From NCBI GenBank assembly GCA_024695145.1, contig JAILIS010000039.1, positions 3,300-67,299 of the forward strand: a stretch of 64,000 nucleotides of DNA. The letters are read 5' to 3'. A model generated the notes under the pieces. That model saw only the letters and a program-made list of their open reading frames with translations, was not told the DNA's origin and did no database searches. This stretch comes from Lachnospiraceae bacterium (lineage in GTDB: Bacteria; Bacillota; Clostridia; Lachnospirales; Lachnospiraceae). Positions 1-10,188 of the stretch are shown here, piece by piece. How positions within the stretch are numbered: the first letter of the stretch is position 1; every line of letters begins with the position of its first letter. A program made the translations under genes and the position numbers.

Positions 1-832
<832 letters not shown>

Positions 833-846
833 TCATTCTCCAATGA

Positions 847-1737
847 TCATGTTTTTGCTTTTTTCTTTTTAAGTGCCCGGGTTCCGGCAGATATCTCCGT
901 AATCTCCTGCGTGATCCTGCTCTGGCGGGCGTGATTGTATTCAAGCCTCAGCTCTCCCATCAGCTTGGTTGCGTTCTTATCGGCTTCGTCCATGGCGTTC
1001 ATCCTGGCACTCTGTTCACAGCAGTAACTGTCCACCAGTGCACTGTAGAGATATTCCGCAATATAGCTTCTGACTATGTTCTCAAGCACGCTCTCGGCGG
1101 AAGGATAAAAATCAAAATGCAGGTTCTCATCGATCTGGTCGGGAGTATAGAAATCCTTACGGTGAAAAGGCAGAAGCCTGACTGTGATCGCCTTCTGCTG
1201 TATGCCGTTCTCGAGATCCGTATAGATCAGGAAGATCTTTGATATCTTTCCGGCATCATACTCGGAAAGGATATACTCAGCCATACGCCTTGTCCTGTTC
1301 ATGGTCGGATTGTCGGCAGAAAACCTGAACTGGTCATCATACGGTATCCCTCTGACCTCGCAGTACTTACAGCCGTAGTCACCAACCATGTAATATACGC
1401 TCTCATGTTCCATGTCGCGGCTTTCGAATTCCTTGATGACCGCATGATTATAAAACCCCGCAAGTCCTTTGTCAGATGTCACGACGATATAAGCATACGC
1501 ACCGGAAAGATCGTGCGATCCGTCTGCCGGATACATATACGGACTGTCTATCGTTCGCTTGGAACGGAATATCCTCTTGATCTCATTGTTCAGCGCGTCA
1601 AAGTGCGGTCTGGTGCGCTCAAGCTCTGCACGGGCCCTGCGCATCTTGCTCGAGGAGATCATGTACATGGCTTTGGTGATCTTCTCGGTGTCGGCAACCG
1701 ACTTCATGCGTGATCGTATCTCTCTTATGTCAGACAT
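847..1737 (-). CDS. atpG: F1 ATP synthase gamma subunit
   Basis: 296 aa. MSDIREIRSRMKSVADTEKITKAMYMISSSKMRRA is a typical gamma N-terminus, and the C-terminal ITQEITEI motif is present. It sits between alpha and beta. Confidence 0.9.
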   Translation of the reverse strand: MSDIREIRSRMKSVADTEKITKAMYMISSSKMRRARAELERTRPHFDALNNEIKRIFRSKRTIDSPYMYPADGSHDLSGAYAYIVVTSDKGLAGFYNHAVIKEFESRDMEHESVYYMVGDYGCKYCEVRGIPYDDQFRFSADNPTMNRTRRMAEYILSEYDAGKISKIFLIYTDLENGIQQKAITVRLLPFHRKDFYTPDQIDENLHFDFYPSAESVLENIVRSYIAEYLYSALVDSYCCEQSARMNAMDEADKNATKLMGELRLEYNHARQSRITQEITEISAGTRALKKKKAKT

Positions 1738-3451
1738 TTTGCCTCTTTACCGCATCCAATATCCTGAGCCTGTCATCATCGGACAGCACGCCCTGATCGT
1801 TTATCCTGCTGACTATGTCGCGGCACTGCGCCATGACGGCTTTGATGATCTTACGGATCGCCTCTCCTGACTCATCCGGCTCGATCGTCTCAAACTTGTC
1901 CGTGGTCGCTATGACAAGAGCAAATACCTGCTCCGCCGCGCTCATCGGATGATTGGGTTTCTGTTTCAAAAGGCCCATCAGACCTTCGCCGTACCTGATC
2001 TGTTTCTTCGTGACCTCATCCATATCTCCGGAAAACTGCGAAAAGCTCTCCATCTCCCTGTACTGCGCGAGATCAAGCTTAAGCGATCCGGTGGCTTTTT
2101 TCACTGCCTTTGTCTGTGCATCTCCACCGACACGCGATACGGACAGACCCACATTGATCGCGGGACGCTGTCCTAACCGGAACAGTCCTCCGGAGAGGAA
2201 TATCTGACCGTCGGTGATGGATATGACATTTGTCGGGATATATGCCGATACATCTTCTTCCTGAGTCTCGATGACAGGCAGTGCGGTAAGGCTTCCGCCT
2301 CCCCTCTCGTCGCTAAGATGTGCCGCCCTCTCAAGAAGCCTTGAATGCAGATAGAAAACATCCCCGGGATAAGCCTCACGTCCGGGAGCCCGCTCAAGCA
2401 GCAGACTTATGGAACGGTAGGCGATCGCATGCTTCGTAAGATCATCGTAAACGATCAGAACATCACGGCCCTTTTCCATAAAGTATTCGGCCATGGCACA
2501 TCCGGCATACGGTGCTATGTACAGCAGCGGTGACGGATCGGCTGCGGATGCGTTAACTACTATTGTATAATCAAGGGCACCGTTCTTTTTGAGCGAATCA
2601 ACGATCCTCGCCACGGAGCTCGATTTCTGGCCAATGGAAACATATACGCATATAACGTCCTTGCCCTTCTGGTTGAGTATCGTATCCGTGACTATCGTGC
2701 TCTTTCCGGTCTGGCGGTCGCCTATGATCAGCTCACGCTGTCCGCGGCCTATCGGAAACATCGAATCGATGGCAAGTATCCCCGTTTCAAGCGGAACGTT
2801 TACCGGCTGTCTATCTATGACCGCAGGCGCCTCGCTGTCAACTTCGCGATAGTCATCGGCAATGATATCACCGAGGCCGTCTATCGGTACCCCGAGCGGA
2901 TCCACCACGCGTCCGAGAAATCCTTCGCCCACGGGTACGCCGGCAACTCTTCCGGTGCGCTTTACAAGACTGCCCTCACATACTTCCTCTTCTGCATCAA
3001 AAAGGATACAGGCGACCTCATCACGCCGAAGATCGAGTGCCATTCCGCGCACTCCGCCGGAGAACAGGAGGATCTCCCCGTATGATGTGTCGGCCAGTCC
3101 GCTGACTGTAGCAATACCGTCACCGACCGTGGTCACGGTACCAATCTCGTCAACCATCACGGTCGGAGTCCAGTCTTTCAGTGTATCCTTGATAAGCGGG
3201 ATTATATCGGTGCGTTCATTTCGGAGAGCATACAGCGCATCCTGAAGCTGTCTGAGCCTTCCCTTTGTATTCCAGTCGTACACATCGGTTCCGACTACGA
3301 GCCTGAAACCTCCGGTGATGCCGCCGGACTGCTTCCATCCTATAGGTATGGATCTTCCGTATTTATCTTTGAGAAAATCAGCCAGTCTGCCGAGATCATC
3401 GTCAGACGGCTTTTCACTGCTGTACAGCAGTGCGGTTGTGATCTCATCCAT
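1730..3451 (-). CDS. atpA: F1 ATP synthase alpha subunit with an N-terminal delta(OSCP) C-terminal-domain-like extension
   Basis: The alpha core is present: VGDGIATVSGL, Walker A GDRQTGKS, and the C-terminal helical domain. I chose the start at ATG 3451 (MDEITT), which overlaps the atpF stop as ATGGATGA. The upstream part of the track ORF overlaps atpF and was rejected. The first ~76 aa resemble the delta C-terminal half (ITGGFRLVVGTDVYDWNTKGRLRQL). Confidence 0.85.
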   Translation of the reverse strand: MDEITTALLYSSEKPSDDDLGRLADFLKDKYGRSIPIGWKQSGGITGGFRLVVGTDVYDWNTKGRLRQLQDALYALRNERTDIIPLIKDTLKDWTPTVMVDEIGTVTTVGDGIATVSGLADTSYGEILLFSGGVRGMALDLRRDEVACILFDAEEEVCEGSLVKRTGRVAGVPVGEGFLGRVVDPLGVPIDGLGDIIADDYREVDSEAPAVIDRQPVNVPLETGILAIDSMFPIGRGQRELIIGDRQTGKSTIVTDTILNQKGKDVICVYVSIGQKSSSVARIVDSLKKNGALDYTIVVNASAADPSPLLYIAPYAGCAMAEYFMEKGRDVLIVYDDLTKHAIAYRSISLLLERAPGREAYPGDVFYLHSRLLERAAHLSDERGGGSLTALPVIETQEEDVSAYIPTNVISITDGQIFLSGGLFRLGQRPAINVGLSVSRVGGDAQTKAVKKATGSLKLDLAQYREMESFSQFSGDMDEVTKKQIRYGEGLMGLLKQKPNHPMSAAEQVFALVIATTDKFETIEPDESGEAIRKIIKAVMAQCRDIVSRINDQGVLSDDDRLRILDAVKRQNV

Positions 3452-3944
3452 TGTCACTGTTCCTGTCTGTATCCTGCACTTTTTCAAAGAAAGAGTCAAA
3501 ATCATCATGCAGGCCTTCATCCTTCATGACGATCTTCTCGGCTGCCATTGCGACATAGTCGGCGATCTCCGTCTGTGCTCTTGCTATCAGGCGGTCATGT
3601 TCCTTCTGTGCCTTGTCTCTGGCATCCTCCACGATGGATGATGCCCTGTTGTGTGCATCACTGATGATCTTTTCTCTTTCGGCTTCCGCGGCGGCACTTG
3701 TTCGTGCGCGTTCAAGCGCAGTCTCTTTTTCAGCCTCCGCAAGCTTTGACTCATACTCTCCCTTCAGCTTTTCGGCGTCCGAGAGTGCATCTTTTGTATC
3801 CCTGTCTCTCTTTCGGTACTCTTCCTCGCGCTTATCCATGAAGTCATGAACCGGCTTGTACAGAAGAATATAGAGTATGCCGAACAGAAGGACCAGATTG
3901 AACAGATGCAGCAGTATCTGCTGCACATCAATGTTTAGTGGCAT
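3444..3944 (-). CDS. atpF: Fo ATP synthase subunit b
   Basis: 166 aa. It has one N-terminal TM (LLHLFNLVLLFGILYILLYKPV) followed by a long charged A/E/K/R-rich helix. It sits between c and alpha. Confidence 0.85.
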   Translation of the reverse strand: MPLNIDVQQILLHLFNLVLLFGILYILLYKPVHDFMDKREEEYRKRDRDTKDALSDAEKLKGEYESKLAEAEKETALERARTSAAAEAEREKIISDAHNRASSIVEDARDKAQKEHDRLIARAQTEIADYVAMAAEKIVMKDEGLHDDFDSFFEKVQDTDRNSDNG

Positions 3945-3962
3945 AGTATACTCCTGTTTTGC

Positions 3963-4322
3963 TTATAATACGAATATGATAAGGATCGCCACGATCAGCG
4001 CATAGATTATGGCCGTCTCGACGAACACGAGGCCCAGCATCATGGCTGTCCTAATCTTGCCTTCGGCTTCCGGCTGTCTTGCGATACCCTCAACCGTCTT
4101 CCAGATGACAAGGCCCATTGAGATGGCGCCCGCTGCCGCAACGACCGCAATGGCTATGCCTGCTGCCCATGCCTTGGAATGAACGTTTGCCGCTTCATCT
4201 GACATTGCCGCAACAGCAACTTCACTGCTGTCAGCTGCATAGGCATTCTTTGGTGCAAACAGTCCTCCGAGCACCAGTGCGATCATCAGCACTGCGGCGA
4301 TTTTTACGATTACCTTGTTCAT
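3963..4322 (-). CDS. atpE: Fo ATP synthase subunit c with a ~39-aa signal-peptide-like N-terminal extension
   Basis: The C-terminal 80 aa form a canonical c hairpin: the GIARQPEA loop and carboxylate E in [15 protein letters not shown] strong AGGAGGAAGG SD lies just upstream of ATG 4322. The internal Met (MSDEAAN) has no SD. Confidence 0.85.
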   Translation of the reverse strand: MNKVIVKIAAVLMIALVLGGLFAPKNAYAADSSEVAVAAMSDEAANVHSKAWAAGIAIAVVAAAGAISMGLVIWKTVEGIARQPEAEGKIRTAMMLGLVFVETAIIYALIVAILIIFVL

Positions 4323-4334
4323 TTATCCTTCCTC

Positions 4335-5171
4335 CTAAACTTTATTTAGAGCAGCCGTATCCTGATCTGCAGGATGGCGCTCGCTGACCTCTCCGTAGAA
4401 CAGTGCCGTCAGCATCGTAAGCACATACGCCTGGATCAGCGCATGAAGCATCGTGAACATAACGGCCACGAAAACGGGGATGATAAAACTTGTTGTCATA
4501 TAATAGTAAACAAGTTCGGTAACAAGTGCTCCGGAGAGCAGTGCACCGAACAGACGAAAGCTCATTGAGATCGGCAGGGAGAAATCCTTTAATGTGTTGA
4601 GCACACCCTTGAAACCGTTACCCGCGATCCCTCCGGACAGTATCACGCTGTATGAAAATACTCCCATACAGATGGCACCGTTGATATCCGCAAGCGGCGC
4701 GGGAAGTGCGATATACCCTCCGTTCGTTGCCGGCACCAGAACGCCGAGAAGCTCGAACATCGTTCCGACAAATATATATGTTCCGGCGGTAAAAACATAC
4801 GCGCCGAGAAAAGCATGTCTGTGAGGACTGTTTGATACCGCAAGGCCGTCAAAGATACCTACCGCCTGCTCGAGCAGAAGCTGGAACCTGCCGGGCTGAT
4901 CCTTAAACCTCGGTATCGCAAAGACACGTACAAACAGAGCGAAGATAAAAATGATAAAGGTCACGGTGTAAGCACTTATCACGGCCGGATTGACTGGTCC
5001 GAACCACAGAAAGTTTACCTTGGAATGCTCATGCAGCACCGCATCTTTCATGATCGTTCTGATAGGCTCCTCTTCCTGAGCCGGATCCGTGGTCAGTACG
5101 GCCCCGATGAGAATGATCAGCAATATGACAGCCCATATTATGATAAAACGTTTTCTGCTCTTAGCGTCCAT
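4335..5171 (-). CDS. atpB: Fo ATP synthase subunit a
   Basis: 278 aa polytopic membrane protein at the first position of the atp cluster. It contains MSFRLFGA, the subunit-a RLFGN-type Arg motif. Confidence 0.85.
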   Translation of the reverse strand: MDAKSRKRFIIIWAVILLIILIGAVLTTDPAQEEEPIRTIMKDAVLHEHSKVNFLWFGPVNPAVISAYTVTFIIFIFALFVRVFAIPRFKDQPGRFQLLLEQAVGIFDGLAVSNSPHRHAFLGAYVFTAGTYIFVGTMFELLGVLVPATNGGYIALPAPLADINGAICMGVFSYSVILSGGIAGNGFKGVLNTLKDFSLPISMSFRLFGALLSGALVTELVYYYMTTSFIIPVFVAVMFTMLHALIQAYVLTMLTALFYGEVSERHPADQDTAALNKV

Positions 5172-5177
5172 AGTCTC

Positions 5178-6629
5178 TTATACCCTGATATCGGCATCGA
5201 CACCGATCAGTTCCCTGTTTGCGTCGATAACGGGTCTTACATGCTCCTTAAGATATTTTTCAACCTGATACGCACTTCTTCCGGTGTAATCCTCCGGTAC
5301 CATATATGCATTCAGTTCATCCATTGTAAGGTTAAAATCATCCGATCCAGCAATAAGCTCGAGAAGGTCATTGTCCGCTCCGTCGCGCTTCACATGTGCA
5401 CCGGCTTCCATGGACAGCTTCCTGATGGATTCGTGAAGTTCCTGTCTGTTGCCCCCTGCCTTGACCGCATCCATCATGATATTCTCCGTGACCATAAACG
5501 GAAGCTCCGCAAGAAGATGTTTCCTGATGACCTTGGAATTGACAACGAGTCCGTTCGTAACATTGATGCACAGATCCAGAATGCCGTCGGTCGCAAGAAA
5601 TCCTTCCGCAACGGACAGCCGCTTATTGGCCGAATCATCAAGTGTCCTCTCAAACCACTGTGTCGCCGATGTGATCGCAGGATTGAGAGCATCTATCATG
5701 ACATATCTCGACAGCGATGCTATGCGCTCGCTTCTCATCGGGTTTCTTTTGTATGCCATTGCCGAGGACCCTATCTGGTCTTTCTCAAAAGGCTCCTCTA
5801 TCTCTTTAAGATGCTGCAGTAGCCTTATATCGTTTGACATCTTGTGTGCGCTCGCAGCTATACCGGCAAGGACATTCATCACACGCGTATCCGTCTTTCT
5901 CGAATATGTCTGGCCGCTTACGGGAACACATCCGTCAAATCCCATTTTGGATGCGATCATGTCGTCGATCCGGTCAAGCTTTTCGCTGTCATCATTGAAC
6001 AGTTCCTTAAATGATGCCTGCGTTCCGGTCGTCCCTTTGCATCCGAGCAGTTTTAGCGATGCACTCACATATTCAAGATCCTCAAGATCGATCATGAACT
6101 CGTTTATCCAAAGCGTTGCGCGCTTTCCTACAGTAGTCGGCTGTGCCGGCTGAAAATGCGTAAAGGCAAGAGTGGGCTCATCTTTATGTGCATCTGCAAA
6201 ATCGGCCAGAACGTTTATTACATTAACGAGCTTTTTCTTAACAAGTTCAAGTGCCTCACGCATTATGATGATGTCGGTATTGTCGCCGACATAACAGCTC
6301 GTCGCTCCGAGATGTATTATCCCTGCGGCTTTCGGACACTGCTTACCATAAGCAAAGACATGACTCATGACATCATGTCTTACTTCCTTCTCACGCGCTC
6401 TGGCAACATCATAGTTGATATCGCTGACATGCGCCTTCATCTCTTCTATCATTTCATCCGTGATAACGGGTTTTCCGTCCGATGACAGTCCGAGCTCTTT
6501 CTCCGTTTCGGCTAAAGCTATCCAAAGCTTTCTCCATGTCGAAAACTTCTTGTCCTGGGAAAATATATACTGCATCTCCTTTGACGCATACCGCTCGGAA
6601 AGCGGACTCGTATATGTATCCGTATTCAT
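5178..6629 (-). CDS. purB: adenylosuccinate lyase
   Basis: 483 aa. The N-terminus YTSPLSERYASKEMQYIFS and the fumarate-lyase signature GSSAMAYKRNP are both present. Confidence 0.9.
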   Translation of the reverse strand: MNTDTYTSPLSERYASKEMQYIFSQDKKFSTWRKLWIALAETEKELGLSSDGKPVITDEMIEEMKAHVSDINYDVARAREKEVRHDVMSHVFAYGKQCPKAAGIIHLGATSCYVGDNTDIIIMREALELVKKKLVNVINVLADFADAHKDEPTLAFTHFQPAQPTTVGKRATLWINEFMIDLEDLEYVSASLKLLGCKGTTGTQASFKELFNDDSEKLDRIDDMIASKMGFDGCVPVSGQTYSRKTDTRVMNVLAGIAASAHKMSNDIRLLQHLKEIEEPFEKDQIGSSAMAYKRNPMRSERIASLSRYVMIDALNPAITSATQWFERTLDDSANKRLSVAEGFLATDGILDLCINVTNGLVVNSKVIRKHLLAELPFMVTENIMMDAVKAGGNRQELHESIRKLSMEAGAHVKRDGADNDLLELIAGSDDFNLTMDELNAYMVPEDYTGRSAYQVEKYLKEHVRPVIDANRELIGVDADIRV

Positions 6630-6647
6630 TATCCACCTCGTTATGAT

Positions 6648-7517
6648 CTACAGTTTTTTGCCGGTCAGCATCTCATAGCCCTGAAGATACTTGTGTATCG
6701 TTTCTTTTGTGACCTCCTCGGGAAGCTTCCATGAGTGTCCCGGGTTGTTCGTAAGCCAGTCCCTTGCAAACTGTTTATCAAATGACATCTGTCCCCTTCC
6801 GGGCTCATACTGATCCTTCGCCCAGAATCTTGACGAATCGGGAGTAAGCACCTCATCGCCGAGTACGATGTTATTGTTATCGTCCAGACCGAATTCGAAC
6901 TTTGTATCGGCTATTATTATACCCCTTTCTTCGGCATATTGCGCACATTTATTGTAAATGGCCAGGGAATAACTGCTGATCGCCTCGAAGTATTCTTTTC
7001 CTCTGCCCGGAAATCTCTTCTCAAGATACGCCGTACATTCTTCAAAGGAGACATTCTCATCATGTTCGCCGATCTCCGCCTTGGTTGAAGGTGTAAATAT
7101 GGCCTCGGGAAATTTGTCTGATTCCCTAAGGCCATCGGCGACTTTCATCTTGCAGACGGTTTTGCTCTTTTGATATTCTTTCCATGCGGTACCCGTTATG
7201 TACCCTCTTACTATACACTCCACAGGAAGCATTTCCAGTTTCTTCACCAGCATGCTTCTGCCCGCGAATTCATCATTTCTGAAATACTCAGGCATATCAT
7301 TTACATCTGTCGAGATCATGTGATTGGGCACTATATCCTTTGTATAGTCAAACCAGAATTTTGACATCTGTGTCAGAACCCTGCCCTTGTCCGTTATCAC
7401 ATTATCCAGTATGACATCAAAGCAGCTTATCCTGTCCGTAGCCACTATGACAAGATTCTCTCCGACATCATATATCTGCCTGACTTTTCCTTCTTTTACG
7501 GGTGTAAACTGTTTCAT
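6648..7517 (-). CDS. purC: phosphoribosylaminoimidazole-succinocarboxamide (SAICAR) synthase
   Basis: 289 aa. The call rests on EGKVRQIYD, ATDRISCFD and the IIIADTKFEFG motifs. Confidence 0.9.
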   Translation of the reverse strand: MKQFTPVKEGKVRQIYDVGENLVIVATDRISCFDVILDNVITDKGRVLTQMSKFWFDYTKDIVPNHMISTDVNDMPEYFRNDEFAGRSMLVKKLEMLPVECIVRGYITGTAWKEYQKSKTVCKMKVADGLRESDKFPEAIFTPSTKAEIGEHDENVSFEECTAYLEKRFPGRGKEYFEAISSYSLAIYNKCAQYAEERGIIIADTKFEFGLDDNNNIVLGDEVLTPDSSRFWAKDQYEPGRGQMSFDKQFARDWLTNNPGHSWKLPEEVTKETIHKYLQGYEMLTGKKL

Positions 7518-7538
7518 GATCTGTCCTTTCCAAAAATA

Positions 7539-9413
7539 CTACTCTACTGTAACACTTTTTGCAAGATTCCTCGGTTTGTCGACATCGAGTCCCTTGGACA
7601 CGCTCAGATAATAACCGAGAAGCTGAAGCGGTATGATCGCAAGGCTGCCGATAAAATGTTCATCGACTTTCGGGACGTAGACAGGGAAATTCACCGAGTC
7701 TTCAACATCATATTTGCCGTATGACGTGATCCCCATCAGATAAGCTCCGCGGCTCTTGCACTCCATCATATTGGAGAGCGTCTTCTCATACAGATCGCTC
7801 TGTGTCAGTGTTCCTATTACGAGAGTCCCGTCTTCTATGAGCGATATCGTACCGTGTTTCATCTCACCGGCCGCATATGCTTCGGAGTGGATGTAACTGA
7901 TCTCTTTCATCTTGAGGGAGCCCTCGAGACAGACGGCATAATCTATGCCTCTTCCGATAAAGAATATGTCCCTGGCGTTACTGTACTTCGAAGCAAACCA
8001 CTGTATCCTCTCCTTGTCCTCGAGTACCTTGTTCATCTTGTCGGGGATCGTCAGAAGTTCCTCGAGATAATTACCGGTTTCCGTCATGCAGGAGCGTACC
8101 TCGGCAAACTTTATCGCAAGTATGAACATGCACACGAGCTGACAGCTGTATGCCTTGGTCGTTGCCACCGATATCTCGGGACCGCCGAGAGTATACATGC
8201 AGTAGTCGGCCTCACGTGCGATGGATGAACCCATGACGTTGACTATGGCGAGCGTTTTGACTCCTTTTTCCTTTGCCATACGAAGCGCGGCAAGAGAATC
8301 TGCAGTCTCTCCCGACTGAGATATTATAATAACGATCGAGTCTTCGGGCAAACGATTTTTCCTGTAGCGAAACTCCGAAGCAAGTTCGACCCTTACGAGA
8401 AAATCACCGAATTCCTCAAGCACATACTGTGCCTCCATTCCTACATGCCATGCACTGCCGCAGGCGACTATGTACATGTTCGAGAAGCTCTTTATCTCGT
8501 CATCACTTATCCCCACGTCAGACAGGTCGATTTTCAGACCGTCCTCGGTTTCTTTTATATATTTGTGCAGCGTATCGAGAACAACCTGGGGCTGCTCATG
8601 GATCTCCTTCATCATGAAGTGCTCGAATCCGCCCCTCTCAGCTGCCTGTGCGTCCCACTCAATGGAAGTCAGTTCTTTCTCGATCTTATCTCCGTCAAGG
8701 TTGTAGAACGTAACTTCCCCCGCATTGATCTCGGCCATCTCGAGATTGCCTATGTAGTACACGTTTCTCGTATGGGACAGGATCGCGGGTACGTCTGATG
8801 CCACAAAAGACTCGCTGTCGTTGACGCCGATTATCATGGGCGAGTCTTTTCTGGCAACAAAAAGCTTGTCGGGATGATCGGCAAACATCACAACAAGCGC
8901 ATAGGACCCCCGCACCCTGACTATTGTCTTGGCCAGGGCGTCGATGGGACCCATCTGATATTTTTTGTAATAATAGTCCACGAGCTTGATCAGGACCTCG
9001 GTATCGGTTTCGGAATAGAAATGATATCCGTGCCTCTCCATCTTGGCCTTCAGTTCCTGATAGTTCTCGATGATACCGTTATGAACACCGACAACTTCCG
9101 ACTCTACAACACCCGAACCGGAATTGGTGCAGTTGCCGGACACGTGCGGATGTGCGTTGGTCTTGCTCGGAGCGCCGTGAGTAGCCCACCTTGTATGGCC
9201 CATTCCGCATGTTCCCACAAGGGCGCGTCCCTCATCGGTCTTCTCGATGAGGTTATGAAGCTTGCCTATCGTCTTGACGACTTCCGCCGGGGCATCACCG
9301 TCTCTTACCGTGATACCGGCTGAATCGTAGCCTCTGTATTCAAGTTTGGCAAGTCCCTGCAGAAGTATTGGGGCTGCCTGTTTGTCTCCGACGTAACCGA
9401 CTATTCCGCACAT
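7539..9413 (-). CDS. glmS: glutamine--fructose-6-phosphate aminotransferase
   Basis: 624 aa. It starts with the MCGIVGYVG Ntn-amidotransferase motif, contains two SIS domains, and ends with the C-terminal KSVTVE. Confidence 0.95.
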   Translation of the reverse strand: MCGIVGYVGDKQAAPILLQGLAKLEYRGYDSAGITVRDGDAPAEVVKTIGKLHNLIEKTDEGRALVGTCGMGHTRWATHGAPSKTNAHPHVSGNCTNSGSGVVESEVVGVHNGIIENYQELKAKMERHGYHFYSETDTEVLIKLVDYYYKKYQMGPIDALAKTIVRVRGSYALVVMFADHPDKLFVARKDSPMIIGVNDSESFVASDVPAILSHTRNVYYIGNLEMAEINAGEVTFYNLDGDKIEKELTSIEWDAQAAERGGFEHFMMKEIHEQPQVVLDTLHKYIKETEDGLKIDLSDVGISDDEIKSFSNMYIVACGSAWHVGMEAQYVLEEFGDFLVRVELASEFRYRKNRLPEDSIVIIISQSGETADSLAALRMAKEKGVKTLAIVNVMGSSIAREADYCMYTLGGPEISVATTKAYSCQLVCMFILAIKFAEVRSCMTETGNYLEELLTIPDKMNKVLEDKERIQWFASKYSNARDIFFIGRGIDYAVCLEGSLKMKEISYIHSEAYAAGEMKHGTISLIEDGTLVIGTLTQSDLYEKTLSNMMECKSRGAYLMGITSYGKYDVEDSVNFPVYVPKVDEHFIGSLAIIPLQLLGYYLSVSKGLDVDKPRNLAKSVTVE

Positions 9414-9428
9414 AAGGTTTCTCCTTTT

Positions 9429-10160
9429 TTATCCTTTGTATCCGATCTCATCAGCCAGTTTCTTTTCGATCACCACATATGCGTCCCTGTGCAGTCTCAT
9501 AAATGTCGCGGGGCACATCGGATCGATCCTGTCTTCGAGCAGAAGCTTTCTGGCAGCTTCCTGCTTGTTGCCGTTGATGATCATCAGAAGTGTCTTGGCC
9601 TTCATTATGGAACCCATTCCCATTGTGACCGCATATCTGGGAACTTCGTCACGGTTTGCAAAGAATCTTGTGTTGGCATCGATCGTGCTGTCCTCAAGGG
9701 TCTCCTTGTGAGCCTTCTCGTAAAGAACCGCACCGGGCTCGTTGAATCCGAGGTGTCCGTCGGGACCTACTCCGAGTACCTGCAGATCGATATCCGTTCT
9801 GTCGAGGATATCGTTGAACTCTTTAAGGTTGGCTTCAACATCACCGGTTCCTTTTGCCACATAGGTATTTGCCTTGTCGATGTTGATGTGGTTAAACAGA
9901 TTGTCATCCATAAAGAATCTGTAACTCTGGGGATGTGTGGGCTCAAGGCCTACATACTCGTCGAGGTTGACGGAATGAACCTTTGAAAAATCAAGTCCTT
10001 CATCCTTACACCTTCTGGCAAGTTCCTGATACATTCCTACAGGGCTCGAACCCGTTGCAAGTCCGAGTGTGCAGTCGGGCTTTTCGCGAACCAGCTTTTC
10101 GATGATGTCCGCTGCCTTCTTTGCTCCGTCTTCATAACTGTCTGCTACTATAACCTTCAT
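9429..10160 (-). CDS. nagB: glucosamine-6-phosphate deaminase
   Basis: 243 aa. The call rests on LGLATGSSPVGMY, NLDEYVGL and LGVGPDGHLGFNEPG. Confidence 0.9.
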   Translation of the reverse strand: MKVIVADSYEDGAKKAADIIEKLVREKPDCTLGLATGSSPVGMYQELARRCKDEGLDFSKVHSVNLDEYVGLEPTHPQSYRFFMDDNLFNHINIDKANTYVAKGTGDVEANLKEFNDILDRTDIDLQVLGVGPDGHLGFNEPGAVLYEKAHKETLEDSTIDANTRFFANRDEVPRYAVTMGMGSIMKAKTLLMIINGNKQEAARKLLLEDRIDPMCPATFMRLHRDAYVVIEKKLADEIGYKG

Positions 10161-10188
10161 GTTCTCTTCCTCCCAAATTTAAAACTGC

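Noticed and set aside
3963-4090. Na+-binding signature in the c subunit (E-T...Y in VETAIIY).
   Set aside because: By my alignment to the I. tartaricus c subunit, the helix-1 Gln/Glu ligand position is Met. The site is incomplete and ion specificity cannot be called.
5449-6153. Long ORFs antisense to confident genes: 5449-6153 and 5025-5822 (purB), 20761-21462 (cysK), 31852-32574 (SPFH), 37916-38659 and 38280-38789 (MscS), 50294-51067 (lipoprotein), and 8874-9323 (glmS).
   Set aside because: They are shadow frames opposite genes with strong family motifs. Their compositions are low-complexity, Ser/Pro/Arg-rich. None has an SD or recognisable motifs.
9414-9428. I looked for a glmS ribozyme upstream of glmS and upstream of the operon (12446-12526).
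   Set aside because: The gaps are only 15 nt and ~80 nt, and the latter is occupied by a promoter. Neither is long enough, and neither is similar to the ribozyme core.
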